From the NCBI RefSeq assembly GCF_963921235.1, contig NC_086123.1:20522001-20586000 (forward strand): a DNA stretch of 64,000 nt, given 5' to 3'. The notes under the pieces are model-generated. The model ran no database searches, had not been told where the DNA came from, and worked only from the letters and a program-made list of their open reading frames with translations. The translations under genes and the position numbers were made by a program. This stretch comes from Mobula hypostoma (Eukaryota). Every line of letters starts with the position of its first letter. Position 1 is the first letter of the stretch. Shown here one piece after another: positions 60,029-64,000 of the stretch.

Positions 60029-61911
60029 GGTTATTTGTACTTAACAGGCCTGTTATTAGTTACATTTCATCGACTATCTGTGTTTACAGACCTCTCACCT
60101 TTTGCTGCATTCCCACAATGGAATGTGGTTGCTTTAGGAACAAACTTACAGCTCCTCTATACCCTGGAGCTATTTCATTGATTACTTACCTGGAGTCACA
60201 GGTCAATTAAGACTTTCCACCTGCACTGTCATGAATATTGCCACCAAGACTGTACAATTTGTGACCGTGTTATCTTCAGGAGAATATTCCAGTTAGTTAT
60301 TATTTGTGCACCCATCTGGTCTGACCTGTTTAGTAAGGTAGGATCATTTGTCCTGCGGTAGCACACTTCATACCAGTTGCATCAACCTTCCAAGTACAAT
60401 TAAAATATCTTCTAAACATACTCCGTGATCCCAGAGTATGCTTCATTTAACCAAACCACAGATATCATTCTCGGTAATGTGGGAGAAAGAAGGATAATAT
60501 TGAGCTTATCCCCTGTAAACACAAAAGTCCATCACCATCCTCTCTGCTTCACAGTCATTGCTTTTGAGTAAGCACACAAACCTTCATGGTTAATGATACA
60601 AAATAAACTTTATTGATAGAACAGGGATGATAGACTGAAACCAACACTAAGACTGCTGTTCAGTTTTTAGTTCTACCTTTGAACGCCCGAGTTCAGAAGA
60701 ACCATGCTGCTTTATAAATTATATTTTACCAACATTAAAACTATATCTCACAGATAAGGTGCTTCAATCAAGCCAGGATTCAAGGTAATTACGTGGAGTA
60801 GCTAACAATAGTCTTTAGTCATATGTAAACACTGTAAAAAATTTCTAATTAAAATATGCTTCAGTTTGTACCAAAATATGGAATTATGAATATTAATATC
60901 CCACAATTTTATAGTTGTAACATATCATTTCTCTCACTTTACACTTACACCAGAAATTCAGGTGCTGCTTTGTGCTAATATTTGCAACATGAAGTCTGAA
61001 AACAGAGAATTACGCTTTTATTTCCATATAATACAAAAAAAATCAAAATCCATCTTTGCTATGAATGTATCTGTTAACATAGTAACAAGAGAAGGAAATC
61101 ATCTTCAGTCTTTTGCCCCATTCATTTACGTTAAGCATGGTCTGTACTTCAATTCCATTCTATGACCTTTGCTCCATATTCCAAACCAATCTGTTTAAAA
61201 TCAGGTTTTATATTATCTTTAAGTTAGAACTAAACGTAAGAAATATCTGCTGGTTATTTCAACATTATATAAACATTTGGTTGTAATCTTAATATGATTA
61301 ATTTTGTCCTCTTTTAAAGTTTTTGCTGTGCAGGCATAATGGGTACTTTGTGTGAGACATCATACATCATACTGATCTCTGCTAAACCACATGACTGAAG
61401 CTACACATGGTGCAGTATTTGGCGGAAAGAATTTTGGAGCACACAAAATGAGATATATTAAGATAAAAACCATCGCTGTTCACTGTACAACTTCTGACAG
61501 GTCTCATTTTACAACAGTTCGAAACAACATTTCAACATTCATAAAGTACCTGCAGAGATAAGCAATAATTTAATGTGAAAATATAAAGATTCTCTACGAG
61601 TAAACAAACCTTTAAGTCCTGATCTTTTAAAACTGGTCTGTCACTCGTCATTCCAAACATCAGTGAATGTTATTAGTACCATAAAAGGAAGGGCACTCAG
61701 CAGCGGGTAACTTACCAGCACATAATTATATCTAGTAGGTTCAACAATCACTTTCAAATACAAATTGGAAGATTTGAATTAATCTTCACACAATATAATA
61801 GTGCAAACAAGCTGAGTTCTCACACAAGGTTTTAAATTGTGTGATATCAGGCATCTTTAGGAAGGCACCTAATGTTTAACTGGGCCCAGATGCTTGGTTA
61901 GATCCAGGAAT

Positions 61912-61980
61912 TCAGTCAGCAGTCGCGCCTTGGAAAAACTGATGACTTGTGCTCGGTGCATCAAGCTCTTCATCTTGCTC
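61912..61980 (-). CDS. GPN3: GPN3 terminal coding exon
   Basis: ttacag acceptor; acidic tail [25 protein letters not shown]. Confidence 0.82.
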   Translation of the reverse strand, partial: EQDEELDAPSTSHQFFQGATAD

Positions 61981-63718
61981 CTGTAATGAAGGATTTGTGA
62001 CTGAATTATGCAAGTAAACCCTGAAAAACGTCATTCTTTAGTCACTGAATAAGGCATTCTCTCATTACTTGTTACATATTATCACAAGGATTTTTATTTG
62101 ACATTCAATACCTTTTAGCTCTGAACTCTTAAGGAAAACAAAGCACAGTACAGGAAAGATCAGAGTCAGGATACTTGAAACAACAGTATTCAGTTACTGG
62201 TCTACACATAGATGATGAGAGGCATTGATCGCGTGAATAGTCAGAAGCTTTATCCCTGGGCTGAAATGGCTAACACAAGAGGGCAGTTTTACAGTGCTTG
62301 GAGGTAGGTACAGAGGAGATGTCAGGGTAAGTTTTTTTTTAATTAACGCAGACAGTGGTGAGTGCGTGGAATAGGCTGCTGGCGACGGTGGTGGAGGCGG
62401 ATACAATAGGGTCTTTTAAGAGACCCCTGGATAGGTACATGGAGCTTAGAAAAATAGAGGGCTATGGGTATAGGTAATTTCTAAAGTAAGTACATGTTCA
62501 GCACAGCATTGTGGGCCGAAGGGCCTGTATTGTGCTGTAGGTTTTCTATGATTCTATCTCACTTTAACAGCATCAGCATTTGAAAACTGCTGTCGTAAAA
62601 GAATGCATTTGAAAATCAATTGTGTTGTTCTCCCTTCTCCCCTGGAGGAAGTGGCTCATCCTGGAGCCTCACGGTTGTCAGAAACCCTGCGACAACAGAT
62701 CTCTAAGAACTCATTCTTTTATGTGAAATTGTGTATTCTTTTCAGTTGTAGAAGGTAAAGCACAACCCTACCACTGTCTAAAAAACAGCCTTGGCTTGAA
62801 AGGTACAGATTAGTTCACAAGTTAGCCAATCACAATAAATGATTTTTTGATGTGGTTGCAAAGGTGGGTATTCACGTTAATTGAGGAATGCAATATACTT
62901 GAACACATAAGTTGTGTTATATACCAAGTCATTATGGAATGTCTGTGGCTCACGTTGACTAGGCTGATGAAGACTGAGTGATGGGCAATAATAAAGGACT
63001 TCCAGTGTCACTATTAAAGGGGACTCGGCAAGCAGCGCTAATGAAAATCCATCATTCAAAATGCTGGAGGAATTCAGCAGGTCAGGCAGCATCTACGGAG
63101 GGGAACAAACAGTTGGTGTTTTGGGCTGAGTTCACCAGGACTGGAAAGGAAGGGGGCAGAAGCCAGAAAAAGAGGGTTTTTTTTTAGCGTGTCGCACCAG
63201 TCAGCCATTCTTGTCTGGTGTGTGGGGTCAGGATTGGTCTCCTTTCAGATTAACCGGGTCACAATATGAACGTTCCTGACTTGACCCCTTTTTTTTAAAA
63301 AACAAGGCCAAGTGGCTATCTCGACGCTCAACCCAGCACGGATGGAAAGTATGCTCAGGGGGTGGCCCGACTTGGATTTGAACTTGCTCCGGAGTCCGGC
63401 GCTGATGCCACTGCACCACCAAAGAAGAGGTGAGGGAGTGAGAGTAGAAGCTGGCAGGTGAAAGCTAAAACCAGGTGAGGGGAAGGAAGGTGCCTGGGGG
63501 TGGGGGGATAGGGAATGGTGAAGTACAGAAACTTATGAGTTTATTAATGTCACTGGTGAAATCCCACACAGGAAAAGATTTGCACTCACCTTTGGTTCTT
63601 TGACTTCAAAGTCCTCTCCATACTGAATGGAAAAGTCGATGTGTTGCAAAACTATGCTAATACATTCTTCATCTGAACGGTCAAATGGCAAAAAACGAAC
63701 CATGCTGTAGTCATCAAC
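61912..63718 (-). CDS. GPN3: GPN-loop GTPase 3, last two coding exons (gene continues right of the window)
   Basis: Exon 63590-63718 encodes [43 protein letters not shown] (GPN3 C-terminal QYGED motif). Exon 61912-61980 encodes [22 protein letters not shown]. Candidate polyA signal at 60609-60614 (minus). Synteny with ARPC3 agrees. Confidence 0.92.
62200..62555 (+). mobile_element. CR1 LINE 3' fragment
   Basis: Ends ...GTGGGCCGAAGGGCCTGTATTGTGCTGTAGGTTTTCTATGATTCTAT, a typical CR1 terminus. Confidence 0.75.
63190..63420 (-). mobile_element. tRNA-derived SINE inserted in an old Penelope pLTR remnant
   Basis: Head GGTGGTGCAGTGGCATCAGCGCCGGAC...GTTCAAATCC on the minus strand; homologous to 51290-51468. 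The flanks 63057-63175 and 63421-63500 resemble the pLTR family. Confidence 0.65.
63590..63718 (-). CDS. GPN3: GPN3 penultimate exon
   Basis: 129 nt, phase 0/0, tgtag acceptor and gtgagt donor. Confidence 0.94.
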
Positions 63719-64000
63719 CTACAGATATTTAATAAATATAACTAAAATGATTTTAATATCTAATCCTCCAAATAGCTTATAAAATTCTGTATCCCCCAAT
63801 TTTACTACAAATAACAGGATTTAAGCCAATATTTCTAACACTAAATATGCATACACAAAAACAATTTGAAAAGACTGCTTTAGAAATGTTGGAGGTTCAT
63901 TAGCACTTTTGAGAAATATTAGTTTAAAAATCAAATCTGATTGTCAAAGTGTTTATATCAGAATATTCCCTAAATATGAATCACATATTAAAGACACCTA

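Noticed and set aside
2178-63718. U12-type or non-canonical introns
   Set aside because: All reconstructed introns have GT-AG ends and none shows the GTATCCTT/ATATCCTT U12 donor.

Overview
Vertebrate genomic DNA with spliced genes, AT-rich and repeat-dense. The repeat complement (Penelope-like pLTRs, CR1, Rex1/Babar, L1, Tc1) looks like a cartilaginous fish, probably a batoid; the taxon is an inference. Four protein-coding genes were rebuilt by hand from GT-AG exons. ANAPC7 (minus strand) has coding exons 1-7 here and its 3' part lies left of the window. A complete UBE2G1-like E2 gene (plus strand, 169 aa) is head-to-head with ANAPC7 across a ~480-bp CpG-rich promoter. ARPC3 (minus strand, 178 aa) is complete, and the last two exons of GPN3 (minus strand) close the window. 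ANAPC7-ARPC3-GPN3 is the order known from human 12q24, but the intervening UBE2G1-like gene is, as far as I recall, not there in human, so it is probably a retained ohnolog. Other highlights: (1) a 54-aa uORF with a C-terminal hydrophobic segment just upstream of the UBE2G1-like start; (2) four young Penelope-like insertions with 13-14 bp target-site duplications (TSDs) and minimal type I hammerhead ribozyme motifs, with both intact ribozymes sense to their host pre-mRNA; (3) an RNase H-bearing I/Nimb-type LINE with a TSD in the ARPC3 promoter, spanning the assembly gap; (4) an apparently exact 3 x 682-bp triplication in ANAPC7 intron 1; (5) a four-layer nested TE cluster. Comparisons with human proteins and exon sizes are from memory, not from a database search. 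Boundaries of old repeats are approximate.
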